A stretch of 64,000 bases of DNA from Candidatus Kryptoniota bacterium (GCA_046705025.1 JBJKQU010000167.1:26131-90130), one strand, 5' to 3'; shown: positions 25,870 through 36,694, numbered from the stretch's first letter. The notes: generated by a model from the sequence alone, not told the origin. Translations and numbers: made by a program.

Positions 25870-26832
25870 TCAATTGTTCTCGAATCTTTCGCTGAGAGTC
25901 ACGGCATACCTTTTCTGCATATAAGATAGCACGCCGGCGCCAATTATGACAGCGAACCAGAGCGTGCAGGCTCGAATTATGAATGTCGCCGCGACAGAGG
26001 CTCCTTTCGGAATCTTTGCCAGGAGCAGCAGCCCCGCGAGTGAAGTCTCGGTTGCACCCAGTCCGCCTGGCAAGAATGAAATAGCGCCCAGCACCGTTGA
26101 GAAAGCATAAATGAACGCCGCGGACAGGAGCTTGAGGTGAACGCCCAATCCGTCGAGCACAAGCGAGAACCCGATGCATTCGGAAAACCATGCTAAGAGC
26201 CCCGACAGAGTCGAGATCAACAGTGTCCTTCCCGTCAGCATCGTGTGGGAACTCTCGTACGCGATCTCAATGGGCTTGATCCACTTTGCGACGAAAGAAA
26301 TCCTTTCCGAAAATCTGATGATTTTCATGGAGGCGGTGCGGCTCGCTATGACTCCGATTCCGACTATCAGGAGGAGGCCCAGTATGATGATAATCCTCTT
26401 CTCGTATCCTATGCTGTAAGCCCCGATCATTGATATAATCAGCAGTGCGAGTACGTCTGTGACTCGCTCGGCAAAGATAATGGGTGCGGACTTGCTGATC
26501 GGGACAGAATGGAGCGACTTCAGGAAATACGACTTCACCAGCTCACCCATCTTACCGGGAGTGACTGCCATCGAAAGTGAAGACATGAAGACGCCGAAGC
26601 TCTCGGAGCGGGGGAGCTCTATCTTCAGTGCATGCAGATAGAACTGCCACCTTGCGAACCGGATCAGGTAATTGACCAGAGAGAGCCCCAGGATGAGCGG
26701 GAGCAGATCGTAGGCGAATATAGCGAATGCGTCCTTGAGATGCTCGGTGTTTGCGTAGAGAGAGAATGCCACGCCGATTAGGGCCGCGATTGCAATGGAT
26801 ATGAAGATTTTCCCGCGAAGCTTCCTAAGCAT
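25870..26832 (-). CDS. flippase-like / lysylphosphatidylglycerol-synthase TM-region (UPF0104) family membrane protein
   Basis: 320-aa polytopic ORF; N-terminal block LVNYLIRFARWQFYL...MSSLSMAVTPGKMGELVKSYFLK is typical of the TIGR00374/UPF0104 family. Confidence 0.75.
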   Translation of the reverse strand: MLRKLRGKIFISIAIAALIGVAFSLYANTEHLKDAFAIFAYDLLPLILGLSLVNYLIRFARWQFYLHALKIELPRSESFGVFMSSLSMAVTPGKMGELVKSYFLKSLHSVPISKSAPIIFAERVTDVLALLIISMIGAYSIGYEKRIIIILGLLLIVGIGVIASRTASMKIIRFSERISFVAKWIKPIEIAYESSHTMLTGRTLLISTLSGLLAWFSECIGFSLVLDGLGVHLKLLSAAFIYAFSTVLGAISFLPGGLGATETSLAGLLLLAKIPKGASVAATFIIRACTLWFAVIIGAGVLSYMQKRYAVTLSERFENN

Positions 26833-27403
26833 TTACGAAATTCCTCAGTGCAAGATAAAACTTCGGCAACGGTAGTCCAACCACGTTGTAGAAGTCCCCA
26901 TTTATCTTTTCCACGAAGAGCGCGCTCAGGTCGTCCTGGATTCCGTAAGCCCCGGCCTTATCCATGGGGGCGCCGGATCGCACATATTCGTCGATTTCCT
27001 CGAGATCCAGTTCTCTGAACGTCACGTCGGTTATGCCGCAGTCCTGCACAATCTTCCCGTCAGGGACTCTCATCAGCGTGAACCCCGTGTAAACCTGATG
27101 TGTCTTGCCGCTGAGTAGTCTCAGCATACTTTGCGCATCTTGCTCGTCCACCGGCTTGTTCAGTATCTTGCCGTCGAGATAGACGATCGTGTCTGCCGTC
27201 GCAACAATCCCTTTCGCAATCTTCTTTGCAGCCTCCCGGGCCTTCTTGCCCGAGAGAGTTATCACGTACTCACGCGGATTATCCGCGAAATGGTTGTCCT
27301 CATCGACCTCAATGTCTATCTGAGTGAATTTCATCCCGACCATCTCCAATATTTGACGTCTTCGGGGCGATCTGGATGCGAGGTAAATATGTGGAAGCTT
27401 CAT
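26825..27403 (-). CDS. maf: Maf-like nucleoside triphosphate pyrophosphatase
   Basis: Start set at Met34 (MKLPHIYLASRSPRRRQILEMVG), whose ATG overlaps the upstream stop by 1 nt; Maf motifs ASxSPRR and GAYGIQD. Confidence 0.88.
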   Translation of the reverse strand: MKLPHIYLASRSPRRRQILEMVGMKFTQIDIEVDEDNHFADNPREYVITLSGKKAREAAKKIAKGIVATADTIVYLDGKILNKPVDEQDAQSMLRLLSGKTHQVYTGFTLMRVPDGKIVQDCGITDVTFRELDLEEIDEYVRSGAPMDKAGAYGIQDDLSALFVEKINGDFYNVVGLPLPKFYLALRNFVNA

Positions 27404-28698
27404 CAGTATACTTTCTTTACGACTGTTCCGGGGTAATAGTGGGAGAGAATCTGAAGGTAGCTGTAACCTAGTCTTGACATCCCAAGCGCTCCCCACTGAC
27501 ACATTCCGACGCCGTGGCCGTTCCCCCTTCCTTTTATGATAACCTCTCTGACGCCGCCGCCGAAATTTCGCAGCGTCGTAATCCAGAACATACTGCTCCG
27601 CAAAATAGTGCCGTCCTTGCCTTTGAACAGATACCGAGTCCGATCTGCCCGCACATAGTACACATCTCCGTTGTCCATCGTTATGTCGAGTGTGTCTACC
27701 CTGTCGGATCGGAAGCGGTCGAGGACCTTGAGGCCGGATACGTCGCCTGTAATGGTCCTCCCTGCGTAGGTCGGGTTCGCGAATGCGAGATTGGCCTTAA
27801 CAAGCCTGTCGAGCTCGTTGCCGGTGTAAATCGATGTCCAGGAAAACAGAGGCGAACCTATGCAAAAGGGTTGGCCGGTAACAGTGTCCGTGTCCGATAT
27901 CCCTCTGAGGTACGGCAAGGCCGGCTGACCTTGCCAGACATGCTGAACATTTTCAGTGTGTCCGCCGCATGCAGAGTGGAAGAAGCACCTTGCGGGCTGG
28001 CCGTCATACTCGACGATCATACCGCAGGTCAGCGCTACCGCGGAGTCGGTCAGCGGCTGGTATTTTTTCAAACCCGAGTATACCTGGTCGCGCGTATCTG
28101 AGTATACGTCGAACTGGCTCGAATCACGTGTAGTCAGCCTGTAGAAAGCGAAATTCCTGGCAGCGATCGCCTGCGCCATGCACGCCTGCAATTCATCCCG
28201 GGCAAGATGGTTGACCAATTCGTTGGGCACAACGCCTCGAAGATACGTTTCGAGGGGAACGATATTCAAGAGTCTGAACGTGCCGTTGCTCTCCGGAATT
28301 ACTTCCATAGAGCCGGGATATGTCTGCGAAGAAAATTTCAGACCGTCGGCAAAAATATCAGAGTCAGCGACGGCGAATGTCGGATGCAATGGCCCGATAG
28401 TTATCGGTGAAAAGAACTTCAGCTCCTGGTTCGGAAGACGTGCTTCGGGCGTGCCGTCGGAGGAGAACTCAAAAGACAAGCTGTCGTTCCGGATTTGACT
28501 TATTGAAATGTTCTGGTATGTCAGTTTGAAAGACCCTTCGGTGTAAAGAGAGAGGCTTTTCAGGTTTCCTGCCAGGCTGATCTTTATGAGCGGCTGACTT
28601 GTGAAAGTGAGAACGGGTCGGGCATAGGAATTCAGCGAGGAGAGGAGAAGGAGAAGCGGAATGAGTAGGTAGAGGAGGGTTCCCTTTCGGGGAATCAT
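27403..28698 (-). CDS. SpoIID/LytB-domain protein
   Basis: 431-aa ORF with signal peptide; SpoIID block CFFHSACGGHTENVQHVW and GNGHGVGMCQWGA. Confidence 0.85.
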   Translation of the reverse strand: MIPRKGTLLYLLIPLLLLLSSLNSYARPVLTFTSQPLIKISLAGNLKSLSLYTEGSFKLTYQNISISQIRNDSLSFEFSSDGTPEARLPNQELKFFSPITIGPLHPTFAVADSDIFADGLKFSSQTYPGSMEVIPESNGTFRLLNIVPLETYLRGVVPNELVNHLARDELQACMAQAIAARNFAFYRLTTRDSSQFDVYSDTRDQVYSGLKKYQPLTDSAVALTCGMIVEYDGQPARCFFHSACGGHTENVQHVWQGQPALPYLRGISDTDTVTGQPFCIGSPLFSWTSIYTGNELDRLVKANLAFANPTYAGRTITGDVSGLKVLDRFRSDRVDTLDITMDNGDVYYVRADRTRYLFKGKDGTILRSSMFWITTLRNFGGGVREVIIKGRGNGHGVGMCQWGALGMSRLGYSYLQILSHYYPGTVVKKVY

Positions 28699-29117
28699 CT
28701 AAACATTGCTTTGATGCTGCCCCAGGTTCGTCTGGCCACTCCGGAGAGACTCTGGTCAAACGTGTAGACGACTGTGCATTGAGCTGAACCTACGTCGTTG
28801 CCCTCGGAATCTTCGGCCACAATCTGATACTTGAACAGCGTACTGGAAGTCGTCTTGTAAATAGCGCGGTCTACGTATTCATAAGTGCTCCCGCTGCCTT
28901 TAGCCGCAACCCTGTCCAGCGTGACATACTCTCCGTTGGCCTGAGATGCTTTCTGGATGACGAAATCCCTTACTCCGTCTTCGAAAGATGTGGTCCATTG
29001 CAGAGAGATCGACCCCGAGCTCTGATCGGCTGACGCCCTCGCATCCTGAAAGGTCACGGATGAGGTGGGCGAAAATGCCATTATCGCTATGGTGAGAACA
29101 GCTACCAGATACTTCAT
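28695..29117 (-). CDS. small secreted beta-rich (FN3-like) protein, unknown function
   Basis: 140-aa ORF; signal peptide MKYLVAVLTIAIMAF; beta-strand-rich body; ends in RRTWGSIKAMFR; 4-nt overlap with the SpoIID-like gene. Confidence 0.5.
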   Translation of the reverse strand: MKYLVAVLTIAIMAFSPTSSVTFQDARASADQSSGSISLQWTTSFEDGVRDFVIQKASQANGEYVTLDRVAAKGSGSTYEYVDRAIYKTTSSTLFKYQIVAEDSEGNDVGSAQCTVVYTFDQSLSGVARRTWGSIKAMFR

Positions 29118-29246
29118 TGACCCTTGAATTTATCCGCAAGCGAATTATAAGTCAAGTCTCGGGCATCTTTTTTGTGGATGAATGTCTACGTGGGGCTTGT
29201 CCGGCGGTGTTGAAGTTTGGGGCATGCTTTCCTAACTTATGAAATA

Positions 29247-30074
29247 ATGCTCGAATATTTCGTGGATTTGCTGAAAATTTCGCTGCCAATCCTGTATTTG
29301 TTTACCATTTTCCTCTACGGATTGGCCTTCTTCCTGGATGAACAGTTCGGAATCAGGAACAGAACAAGGTTTCTGGTCGCGACCCTGATCGTTCAGGCGG
29401 TTTACTTATTCAGCAGGACGCTCTGGACCGGCCATCCGCCGGTTACCTCAGTCTTTGAGATAATGAGTGTCATCTCGTTTACGATCGGCTGTGCATACCT
29501 GTTCATTGAGCTAAGGACACGTGTCAGAGACACGGGAATGTTTATTCTTTCCATTGCGTTGCTGTTTGAAGTCGTGTCCGCCGCATTCATAAAAGACGAT
29601 GTGCACCTGAACCCCGTTCTGAAATCGAGCGTTTTAGGTATTCACGTTTCAAGCGCGATGTTAGGTTACAGTGCGCTTGCCATCTCCGCGGTCTACGGAG
29701 GTCTGTATCTGATGATGTATCATGAGATAAGGTCGAGCAAGTTCGGGATCGTTTACAGAAAGCTTCCCGACTTGAAGACTCTCGAGAAGTTGAGCTACGT
29801 TTCGATAATTATGGGGTTCGTCTTCCTCACGATCGCAATACTCATCGGGTATATCTGGCTTCCTAAGACGATAGATGACTTTTCCTATTCAGATCCGAAA
29901 CTGATAATAACGGACATCGTGTGGGTGATCTACTTCGTAGCCCTCGTGTCCCGGAAAGTCATGAGATGGACCGGACGCACGGTGGTAATTCTGGCGGTGG
30001 TGGGATTCGTTCTGACTATAGCGTCGATGGTAGTAGTAAATGTGTTCATGCATAGTTTCCATAATTTTCAGTAA
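29247..30074 (+). CDS. CcsA/HemX-like cytochrome c assembly family membrane protein
   Basis: Polytopic ORF directly upstream of hemA, as for Bacillus hemX; start set at ATG 29247 (the track ORF begins at an upstream TTG); W/aromatic-rich CcsA-like segments. Confidence 0.7.
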   Translation: MLEYFVDLLKISLPILYLFTIFLYGLAFFLDEQFGIRNRTRFLVATLIVQAVYLFSRTLWTGHPPVTSVFEIMSVISFTIGCAYLFIELRTRVRDTGMFILSIALLFEVVSAAFIKDDVHLNPVLKSSVLGIHVSSAMLGYSALAISAVYGGLYLMMYHEIRSSKFGIVYRKLPDLKTLEKLSYVSIIMGFVFLTIAILIGYIWLPKTIDDFSYSDPKLIITDIVWVIYFVALVSRKVMRWTGRTVVILAVVGFVLTIASMVVVNVFMHSFHNFQ

Positions 30075-30078
30075 TTAA

Positions 30079-31365
30079 ATGTTAAAATTAACCGCGGTTT
30101 CAATTAACCATAGAACCGCAAACGTTGAAGCACGCGAAAAGATATACTACAATTCCGAAGAAATCCGGGAAATCTCCGAGAAGATAAAAGAGGTAGCCCG
30201 CGAGTCGCTGATCGTATCGACCTGCAATCGAACAGAACTGTACTTGATGCCTTCGGCCGCACCGAAGACACACGACAGCTTGTATGGTCTTATTCGCGAG
30301 GGAAAAAGGCTGCGCGACGGAGAACTGCAGGTTCAGTATGAAACCTTCGAGGGTTTCGAAGCAATAAGGCACTTATTCTCGGTGGCCACCGGGGCAGACT
30401 CACTCATGCTCGGCGATATTCAGGTGCTCGGACAGGTGAAGGAGGCTTACAATACGGGCGTCGAACTGGGAATGGTCGGCACCGTGCTGCACCATGCCTG
30501 CCAGATTGCTCTCAAGGTTGGAAAACGGGCTAAGGCGGACACGAGGATTTCCGAAGGCGCGGTCTCGGTGAGTTATGCCGCTGTCGAGCTCGCCGAGAAA
30601 ATATTCGGCAACCTCAAGGGCAAAACCGCGATGCTCATCGGTGCAGGAGAGACTGCTGAGCTGGCAGCGAAGGACCTGAAGCCGAAGGAGATCGCCCGGC
30701 TGTTTGTGGCGAACCGGACCCTGGAGCGGGCTCAAAATCTGATCGAACAGATCGGCATGGGGGAAGCGATCCCGCTGGATCAGATGGGCCAGAAGATTCC
30801 TCAGACGGATATCGTCATCTCCAGTGTCGGCGGGTCCGATTATATCTTGACGCGTGACACTGTCGCGCCTGCGATGAAAGGCCGGGAGTCGAAACCGTTG
30901 CTCATCATAGACATTGGAGTGCCGCGCAACGTAGATCCTGCCGTCAAGAAAGTAGCCGGCGTCTTCCTTAACGATATCGATTCTCTCAATCTGATCGTTC
31001 AGAAAAACATGGAAATGAGGCGGTCCGAGATACCGGCGGTTAGACGGATCATCGATGATGAATTGAATGAGTTTATACGGTGGTACAATTCGCTCGAGCT
31101 CGGGCCGACGATAAAAATGCTGCGCGACAAGGTGGAACGCATCAGAGTCGAGGAGGTCAAGCGGCACAAGAACAAGATGAACGGGTCCGATACCGAGATC
31201 GTCGAGGAGATAACACGCGCCCTCGTGAACAAGATACTCCACGAACCTCTCACTAATTTGAAGAACTTAGAAAACGGCACTTCGCTCGTCGACAGGGTGA
31301 AGCTGATGAAATCGCTCTTCGGGCTGTCCGAAGAGTCAACCGGGAAGAAGAATGAAGAAGATTAG
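30079..31365 (+). CDS. hemA: glutamyl-tRNA reductase
   Basis: 428-aa ORF; SINHRTANVEAREK, catalytic STCNRTELY and NADPH-domain GAGETAE motifs. Confidence 0.95.
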   Translation: MLKLTAVSINHRTANVEAREKIYYNSEEIREISEKIKEVARESLIVSTCNRTELYLMPSAAPKTHDSLYGLIREGKRLRDGELQVQYETFEGFEAIRHLFSVATGADSLMLGDIQVLGQVKEAYNTGVELGMVGTVLHHACQIALKVGKRAKADTRISEGAVSVSYAAVELAEKIFGNLKGKTAMLIGAGETAELAAKDLKPKEIARLFVANRTLERAQNLIEQIGMGEAIPLDQMGQKIPQTDIVISSVGGSDYILTRDTVAPAMKGRESKPLLIIDIGVPRNVDPAVKKVAGVFLNDIDSLNLIVQKNMEMRRSEIPAVRRIIDDELNEFIRWYNSLELGPTIKMLRDKVERIRVEEVKRHKNKMNGSDTEIVEEITRALVNKILHEPLTNLKNLENGTSLVDRVKLMKSLFGLSEESTGKKNEED

Positions 31366-32293
31366 AGTCGGAACCAGAGGGAGTCAGCTTGCCCTCTACC
31401 AGGCAAATCTGGTTGCCGATTTCCTTCGCAGCAGCTCAAATGGCATTGAAATAGAGGTCAAGACCATAAAGACGACCGGTGATAAGATCCTCGACTCCCC
31501 ACTCTCGAAGATCGGCGACAAAGGGCTGTTCACAAAAGAAATTGAAAAGGCGCTTCTCGAAAGAGAGATAGATTGTGCGGTTCACAGCCTGAAGGATTTG
31601 CCTACCCAGCTTCCTGCCGGACTGGAAATAATTGCCTGCGGAAGACGAGAGGACGTGAGAGACGCGTTGATAGCCCAGGACGGGATGAAGCTTCTCGAAC
31701 TTCCGAAGGGAGCCACGGTGGCGACCGGAAGCCTCAGGCGCCGTTCGCAGCTTCTCCATATGAGAAGCGATCTCAACCTGGCAGAGATGCGCGGCAACCT
31801 GAACACGCGTCTGCGAAAGCTCAAAGAGGAAGGCTATGCAGGGATGATGCTCGCATATGCCGGGATAAAGCGTCTTGGAATGGCTGATAAGGCCACCGAA
31901 ATCCTGGAACCGGACAGGATGCTTCCGGCTGTTGGTCAAGGGATCATCGCAGTCGAGGCTCGCGCAGATGACTCGCAATTGAAGGAGATGCTTTCCGGCT
32001 TCAACAGCAAGGATTCAGAGACGGCAGCACTTGCCGAGCGGGCATTCCTGAGGCTCCTCGAAGGAGGATGCCAGGTGCCGATCGGTGTGCATACGTCTTT
32101 AGAAAACAAGCGCCTGACCGGCATGGTTGCCTCGCTTGACGGCGAGACTCTCATCAAAGACTCCGTCCCATTCGATGAACAAGACCCGGACCGGACGGGA
32201 ACGGAGCTGGGGCGGAGGCTCCTTTCTCTGGGGGCGGATAAGATACTGGATGAAATAAAAGCCGCGTCTGATCCACGGAATTCATCGGACTGA
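31352..32293 (+). CDS. hemC: hydroxymethylbilane synthase (porphobilinogen deaminase)
   Basis: 313-aa ORF; IRVGTRGSQLALYQA, HSLKDLPT, GNLNTRLRKL, GGCQVPIG motifs. Confidence 0.95.
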   Translation: MKKIRVGTRGSQLALYQANLVADFLRSSSNGIEIEVKTIKTTGDKILDSPLSKIGDKGLFTKEIEKALLEREIDCAVHSLKDLPTQLPAGLEIIACGRREDVRDALIAQDGMKLLELPKGATVATGSLRRRSQLLHMRSDLNLAEMRGNLNTRLRKLKEEGYAGMMLAYAGIKRLGMADKATEILEPDRMLPAVGQGIIAVEARADDSQLKEMLSGFNSKDSETAALAERAFLRLLEGGCQVPIGVHTSLENKRLTGMVASLDGETLIKDSVPFDEQDPDRTGTELGRRLLSLGADKILDEIKAASDPRNSSD

Positions 32294-32323
32294 GCCTCCG
32301 ATGAGAAAGACGTTCGGATCAAT

Positions 32324-33109
32324 ATGACGGGCAACCTACACCATCCTTCGAAAAAAACCTTCCGAACCCACAGGCGAATAGTCGTCACACGGACGGAGGA
32401 GCAATCTTCATCAATCGCAGCGGAACTCGCAGGACTCGGAGCCGAGGTTCTTGTCGTTCCGACGATCTCGATAGTGCCGGCCGAAGTCTCCGAATCTGAA
32501 CGGTCGGTCCTGAATCGGTTTAGTGATTATGACTACGCATTCTTCACCTCCGTGAACGCAGTCACTAACTTCTTCCGCTTTTTCAGCCCCGATACGTCGC
32601 GTCGGCAAAGACCGGTTATAGTCGCAATCGGGAGCAAGACGCGGTCGGCGGTTCAGGAATTCGGTTTCAATCCGGACATTGTGCCGGAAAAATTCAATGC
32701 CGGAGAACTTCTCACTTCATTGACTTCGATCGATCTGCGCGGCAAAAGAGCGCTTGTTCCCAAAGGAAATTTGTCGAGCAGTGAGATTGCGGAATTCGTC
32801 AGGACAAGAGGAGGGTCGGCTGATGAGGTGGTTGTGTACATGACCCTGCCGAACGACGGCCTGGACGAGAGCTTAAAGGAAGAAATACGCTCAGGGCGGT
32901 TCGACACGATCGTCTTTTTCAGCCCGTCACAGGTTAAGAACTTCCTGAGTATTTTCGGGAAGGCCGTGCTGGAAGGGAAACAGGTCGCCGTTATCGGCCC
33001 GACCACGAAGAGGGCGGCCGAGCGGCAAGGCCTCGTTGTCGACATAGTACCCGATAACTCAACTACGGAAGAACTAATTGCGAGTTTGATTGAACATGAA
33101 GAAAATTGA
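32324..33109 (+). CDS. hemD: uroporphyrinogen-III synthase
   Basis: 261-aa ORF of HEM4 type (RIVVTRTEEQ...AFFTSVNAV...IVFFSPSQV), positioned between hemC and hemE. Confidence 0.85.
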   Translation: MTGNLHHPSKKTFRTHRRIVVTRTEEQSSSIAAELAGLGAEVLVVPTISIVPAEVSESERSVLNRFSDYDYAFFTSVNAVTNFFRFFSPDTSRRQRPVIVAIGSKTRSAVQEFGFNPDIVPEKFNAGELLTSLTSIDLRGKRALVPKGNLSSSEIAEFVRTRGGSADEVVVYMTLPNDGLDESLKEEIRSGRFDTIVFFSPSQVKNFLSIFGKAVLEGKQVAVIGPTTKRAAERQGLVVDIVPDNSTTEELIASLIEHEEN

Positions 33110-34124
33110 TAATGACCTGATCATCAGGGTCCTGAGAGGGCAGCCCGTAGAGAGAACTCCGGTCTGGATCATGCGGCAGGCGGGAAGGTATCTGCCGGAG
33201 TACATGGCAGTGCGGGCCGATCACGACTTTTTGGAAATGTGCAAAACCCCCGAGCTATCTGCGGAGGTGACCATTCAGCCCGTCGACGTTATAGGCGTGG
33301 ACGCCGCGATAATTTTTTTGGACATACTTCTTCTTCCGGAGGCGATGGGGATGCACCTCGTGGTCGAGGAGGAAAGAGGCGGCCCGCGGTTTACGAATCC
33401 GTTGAAGAACAAGGCCGCTGTCTCGAAGGTCCATGACGCCGACTGCAGACATGATTTGAAGTACGTTGCTGATGCCATAGGAACTGCGGTGGAACGCCTG
33501 AACGGCAGGGTTCCGATGATAGGCTTCTGCGGCTCGCCCTGGACATTGCTCGCCTACATGGTGGAGGGGAAAGGCGGCGATTTTGTCCACGCGCGGGCGA
33601 TGCTTCACGACGATCCGTTAACCGCGCATCAACTCCTCGAGATGCTTGCGAATAATGCGATTTCGTATCTGAAAATGCAGTTCGAAGCCGGTGCCGATTT
33701 CGTGCAAATATTCGACACCTGGGCGGGAGTTCTCTCGCCGTCACTCTATGAGGAGTTTTCACTCAGATATATGAAGCAGATCGTCGAAGCGCTGCAACCG
33801 GAGATTCCGGTAATTGTGTTTTCGAAGGGTGCCGGTCATTCACTTTCCAAGATAGCCGCCATCGGAGCAGCTGCAGTCGGCATCGACTGGACAGTCCCGA
33901 TCGATGAAGCAGCAGCGAAGACGCGTGGAGTCGTTCAGGGAAATCTGGACCCGTCTGTTCTATTCGCGCGGCCTGACGTTATTGTAAGACAGGCGGAAAA
34001 GGTGTTGAGAAACGGACCGAAGGGGAAGCATATTTTCAACCTCGGCCACGGTATTTCGCCCGGAACACCGGTCGGAAATGTGAAAGCCCTTGTTGATTTT
34101 GTCCGAAGCTGGAGAGTAGATTAA
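33090..34124 (+). CDS. hemE: uroporphyrinogen decarboxylase
   Basis: 344-aa ORF; PVWIMRQAGRYLPEY signature and C-terminal FNLGHGI. Confidence 0.95.
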   Translation: MNMKKIDNDLIIRVLRGQPVERTPVWIMRQAGRYLPEYMAVRADHDFLEMCKTPELSAEVTIQPVDVIGVDAAIIFLDILLLPEAMGMHLVVEEERGGPRFTNPLKNKAAVSKVHDADCRHDLKYVADAIGTAVERLNGRVPMIGFCGSPWTLLAYMVEGKGGDFVHARAMLHDDPLTAHQLLEMLANNAISYLKMQFEAGADFVQIFDTWAGVLSPSLYEEFSLRYMKQIVEALQPEIPVIVFSKGAGHSLSKIAAIGAAAVGIDWTVPIDEAAAKTRGVVQGNLDPSVLFARPDVIVRQAEKVLRNGPKGKHIFNLGHGISPGTPVGNVKALVDFVRSWRVD

Positions 34125-34329
34125 TTCGATGTTGAGCATGTCACGATTCATGTCCAATTTGTTCTATTCGACTCGTGTTCCAGAAAACGAACCCCGGGCG
34201 AGGGGTCTGTGAAATGCAGGAACCTCTTGTTCCTACTGCCGCCGGGAAACATGAGGACTTTTTTTGCCGGCGGATGCGATGTCGGCCGTTTTACGAGATG
34301 CCTTAAATTCTGCAGCGAAGGGAAATGAA

Positions 34330-35304
34330 ATGGGTAAGTTTGGTGTCGTGCTTTTCAATCTCGGCGGTCCTCTTTCAAAAGATGACATCGAAGAGTTTCT
34401 GTTCAATCTCTTCATGGACCCCTACATTATTGAGATCCCTCTTCGAGGCGCCATAAGGAGGCTGTTTGCCAGGACCGTTGCCAGGCGGCGGGCGGGGAAG
34501 ACAGCTTTCAACTATGATATAATGGGCGGAAAGTCTCCACAGTACGAGCTGACACTCTGCCAGGCGGCCGCTCTTGAGAAGAAGCTGCGCGAGACTCTCG
34601 ACGCTAAAGTCTACGTCGGGATGCGGTATTTCAAGCCTTCGATAGAGGAAGCCTACAGGTCGCTTGTTACTGACAATATTGAAAACGTTGTGCTGCTCCC
34701 CCTGTACCCGCAATATTCGCGGACGACAACACTTTCGAGTTTCGAGGAGTGGAATCGGGTCAGCGAGAGTCCGAGCGGCAGGATGAAGGTGCTCCAAATC
34801 GAGAGCTATCATGATGACCCCTTATACATCGATGCCATTGAAGATCGGATCGACGTTGCCCTCGCAAAGTTTCCCGAAAGCATCAGAGAGAGGGTTCATA
34901 TTGTTTTCAGCGCTCACGGGATTCCCGAGAGACTGGTCAAGCGCGGTGATCCGTATCAGAAGCAAATCATAGATACCGTCGAGCTCGTCGCCAAACGGTT
35001 TCCTAACCTATATTCGCTGTCGTACCAGAGCCGGGTCGGCCCCGTGAAGTGGATAGGTCCGCCGACTCTCGACGAGATCAAAGGCCTCGCCGCCAGGGGT
35101 ACGAAAGATATACTGGTCGTCCCGATAAGCTTCGTGAGCGAGCATTCCGAAACGCTCTACGAGGTGAATTATCTTTTTAGAAAGGAAGCTGACCGGCTTG
35201 GCATCAGGCAGTTCGAGATGATGCCCGCTTTGAATGACTCGCCGAAGTTCATTGAAGCGTTGTCGCAGCTTGTTTTGAGGAAAGTGCAAGAGTTCGGTCA
35301 ATAA
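34330..35304 (+). CDS. hemH: ferrochelatase
   Basis: Start set at MGKFGVVLFNLGGP (AAGGGA RBS upstream); motifs LLPLYPQYS and FSAHGIP. Confidence 0.92.
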   Translation: MGKFGVVLFNLGGPLSKDDIEEFLFNLFMDPYIIEIPLRGAIRRLFARTVARRRAGKTAFNYDIMGGKSPQYELTLCQAAALEKKLRETLDAKVYVGMRYFKPSIEEAYRSLVTDNIENVVLLPLYPQYSRTTTLSSFEEWNRVSESPSGRMKVLQIESYHDDPLYIDAIEDRIDVALAKFPESIRERVHIVFSAHGIPERLVKRGDPYQKQIIDTVELVAKRFPNLYSLSYQSRVGPVKWIGPPTLDEIKGLAARGTKDILVVPISFVSEHSETLYEVNYLFRKEADRLGIRQFEMMPALNDSPKFIEALSQLVLRKVQEFGQ

Positions 35305-35331
35305 CGTACTAGATCAGAGACATTTGTAGAA

Positions 35332-36693
35332 ATGAGAGTTGCAGTAATCGGTGCCGGAATCTCCGGCTTATCCACCGCACATTTCCTGAAGAGAGGCGGC
35401 GCTGAAGTCACAGTTTTTGAAAAGAACGGTGTACCGGGCGGTACAATCGGCTCCAGGGTGATGGACGGTTATTTGGTCGAAAATGGACCGAACAGCACAT
35501 CGGAAACCAATCTTGTAATAGAGGAGCTGTTGTCGGATTTGTCCATCAAAGACGAGATGGTTTACGCCGACGAGAGCTCGAAGTACCGGTTTATCCTTCG
35601 AGGCGGGAAGCTGAATGCACTCCCTTCCGGTCCGGGCTCGTTTTTCTCGACGAAGCTCTGGACGCTCGGCGGCAAGCTGCGGCTCTTCGGAGAGCCATTC
35701 ATGGGGCGCGCCGCTTACGAAGAATCGGTTGCGGATTTCGTGACGCGCCGTCTGGGGAGAGAGTTTCTGGATTATGCGATTAATCCGTTCGTGGCCGGGG
35801 TCTATGCCGGCGACCCAACGGAGCTGAGTGTGAGAGCCGCGTTTCCGAAGCTATATGCACTTGAGGAGAAATACGGAGGCTTGATCAAAGGCACGATCAA
35901 GGGAGCAAGAGAAAGAAAGAGGCGGCCGGAGAAAGCCAGGATATCATCGAAACTGTTTGCGTTCAAAAGCGGAATGGGAATTCTCCCGACAACCATCTCC
36001 AAATCGATGGAGGGATCGGTATTTTACAACACCTCCGTCGAGATCGTAAAATCCGACGGCCAGAGATTTGCGGTAAACTTTTCGAGCAGCGGAAAGCTTG
36101 ACAGCCGGGTTTTCGACAGCGTGGTTCTTTCAGTGCCCGCTTACGCGGCAGCGGGAATTGTAAGGTCATGGCTCCCGGAGCTTGCGAGCGAGCTCGCCAA
36201 GATAAAGTATCCTCCGGTTGCCGTTGCGGTCCTGGGCTACAAGCGTGATCAGATAAAGATCGATTTGAATGGGTTCGGCTTCCTTGTCCCGGAAATCGAG
36301 GAGAGAAAAATTCTCGGGACGATATGGAGCTCCAGTATATTTCCGAACCGGGCTCCGGAAGGGTGCGTCGAGTTAACGACCTTCGTGGGCGGCTCCCGGC
36401 AGCCCAAGATTGTCTCCCGGACGAATGATGAAATCGCAAAAGTTTCCCACGAAGAGAATGCTGCTATTATGAAAATCGAAGGCGAGCCGGTGTTCCGGGC
36501 AGTCATGAAATGGGACAAGGCGATTCCACAATACAACATCGGACATCTGGCTATCATCGACGCCGTCAGACACGTTGAAAGCCTGCATAATGGATTCTAT
36601 ATTTGCAGTAATTACAGGGACGGTATCTCCGTTTCAGACTGCATAGCAAACGGAAAAAAGACTGCGGAAGCAATTTTGACAGGAGTGAAATAA
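35332..36693 (+). CDS. hemY: HemY-type protoporphyrinogen/coproporphyrinogen III oxidase (FAD)
   Basis: 453-aa ORF; FAD dinucleotide motif [23 protein letters not shown]...[10 protein letters not shown]; hemE-hemH-hemY order as in Bacillus. Confidence 0.9.
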   Translation: MRVAVIGAGISGLSTAHFLKRGGAEVTVFEKNGVPGGTIGSRVMDGYLVENGPNSTSETNLVIEELLSDLSIKDEMVYADESSKYRFILRGGKLNALPSGPGSFFSTKLWTLGGKLRLFGEPFMGRAAYEESVADFVTRRLGREFLDYAINPFVAGVYAGDPTELSVRAAFPKLYALEEKYGGLIKGTIKGARERKRRPEKARISSKLFAFKSGMGILPTTISKSMEGSVFYNTSVEIVKSDGQRFAVNFSSSGKLDSRVFDSVVLSVPAYAAAGIVRSWLPELASELAKIKYPPVAVAVLGYKRDQIKIDLNGFGFLVPEIEERKILGTIWSSSIFPNRAPEGCVELTTFVGGSRQPKIVSRTNDEIAKVSHEENAAIMKIEGEPVFRAVMKWDKAIPQYNIGHLAIIDAVRHVESLHNGFYICSNYRDGISVSDCIANGKKTAEAILTGVK

Positions 36694-36694
36694 T

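Noticed and set aside
25760-26191. 143-aa minus-strand ORF overlapping the 3' part of the flippase-like gene
   Set aside because: It is out of frame with a well-supported polytopic membrane gene and is Arg-rich with no motifs.
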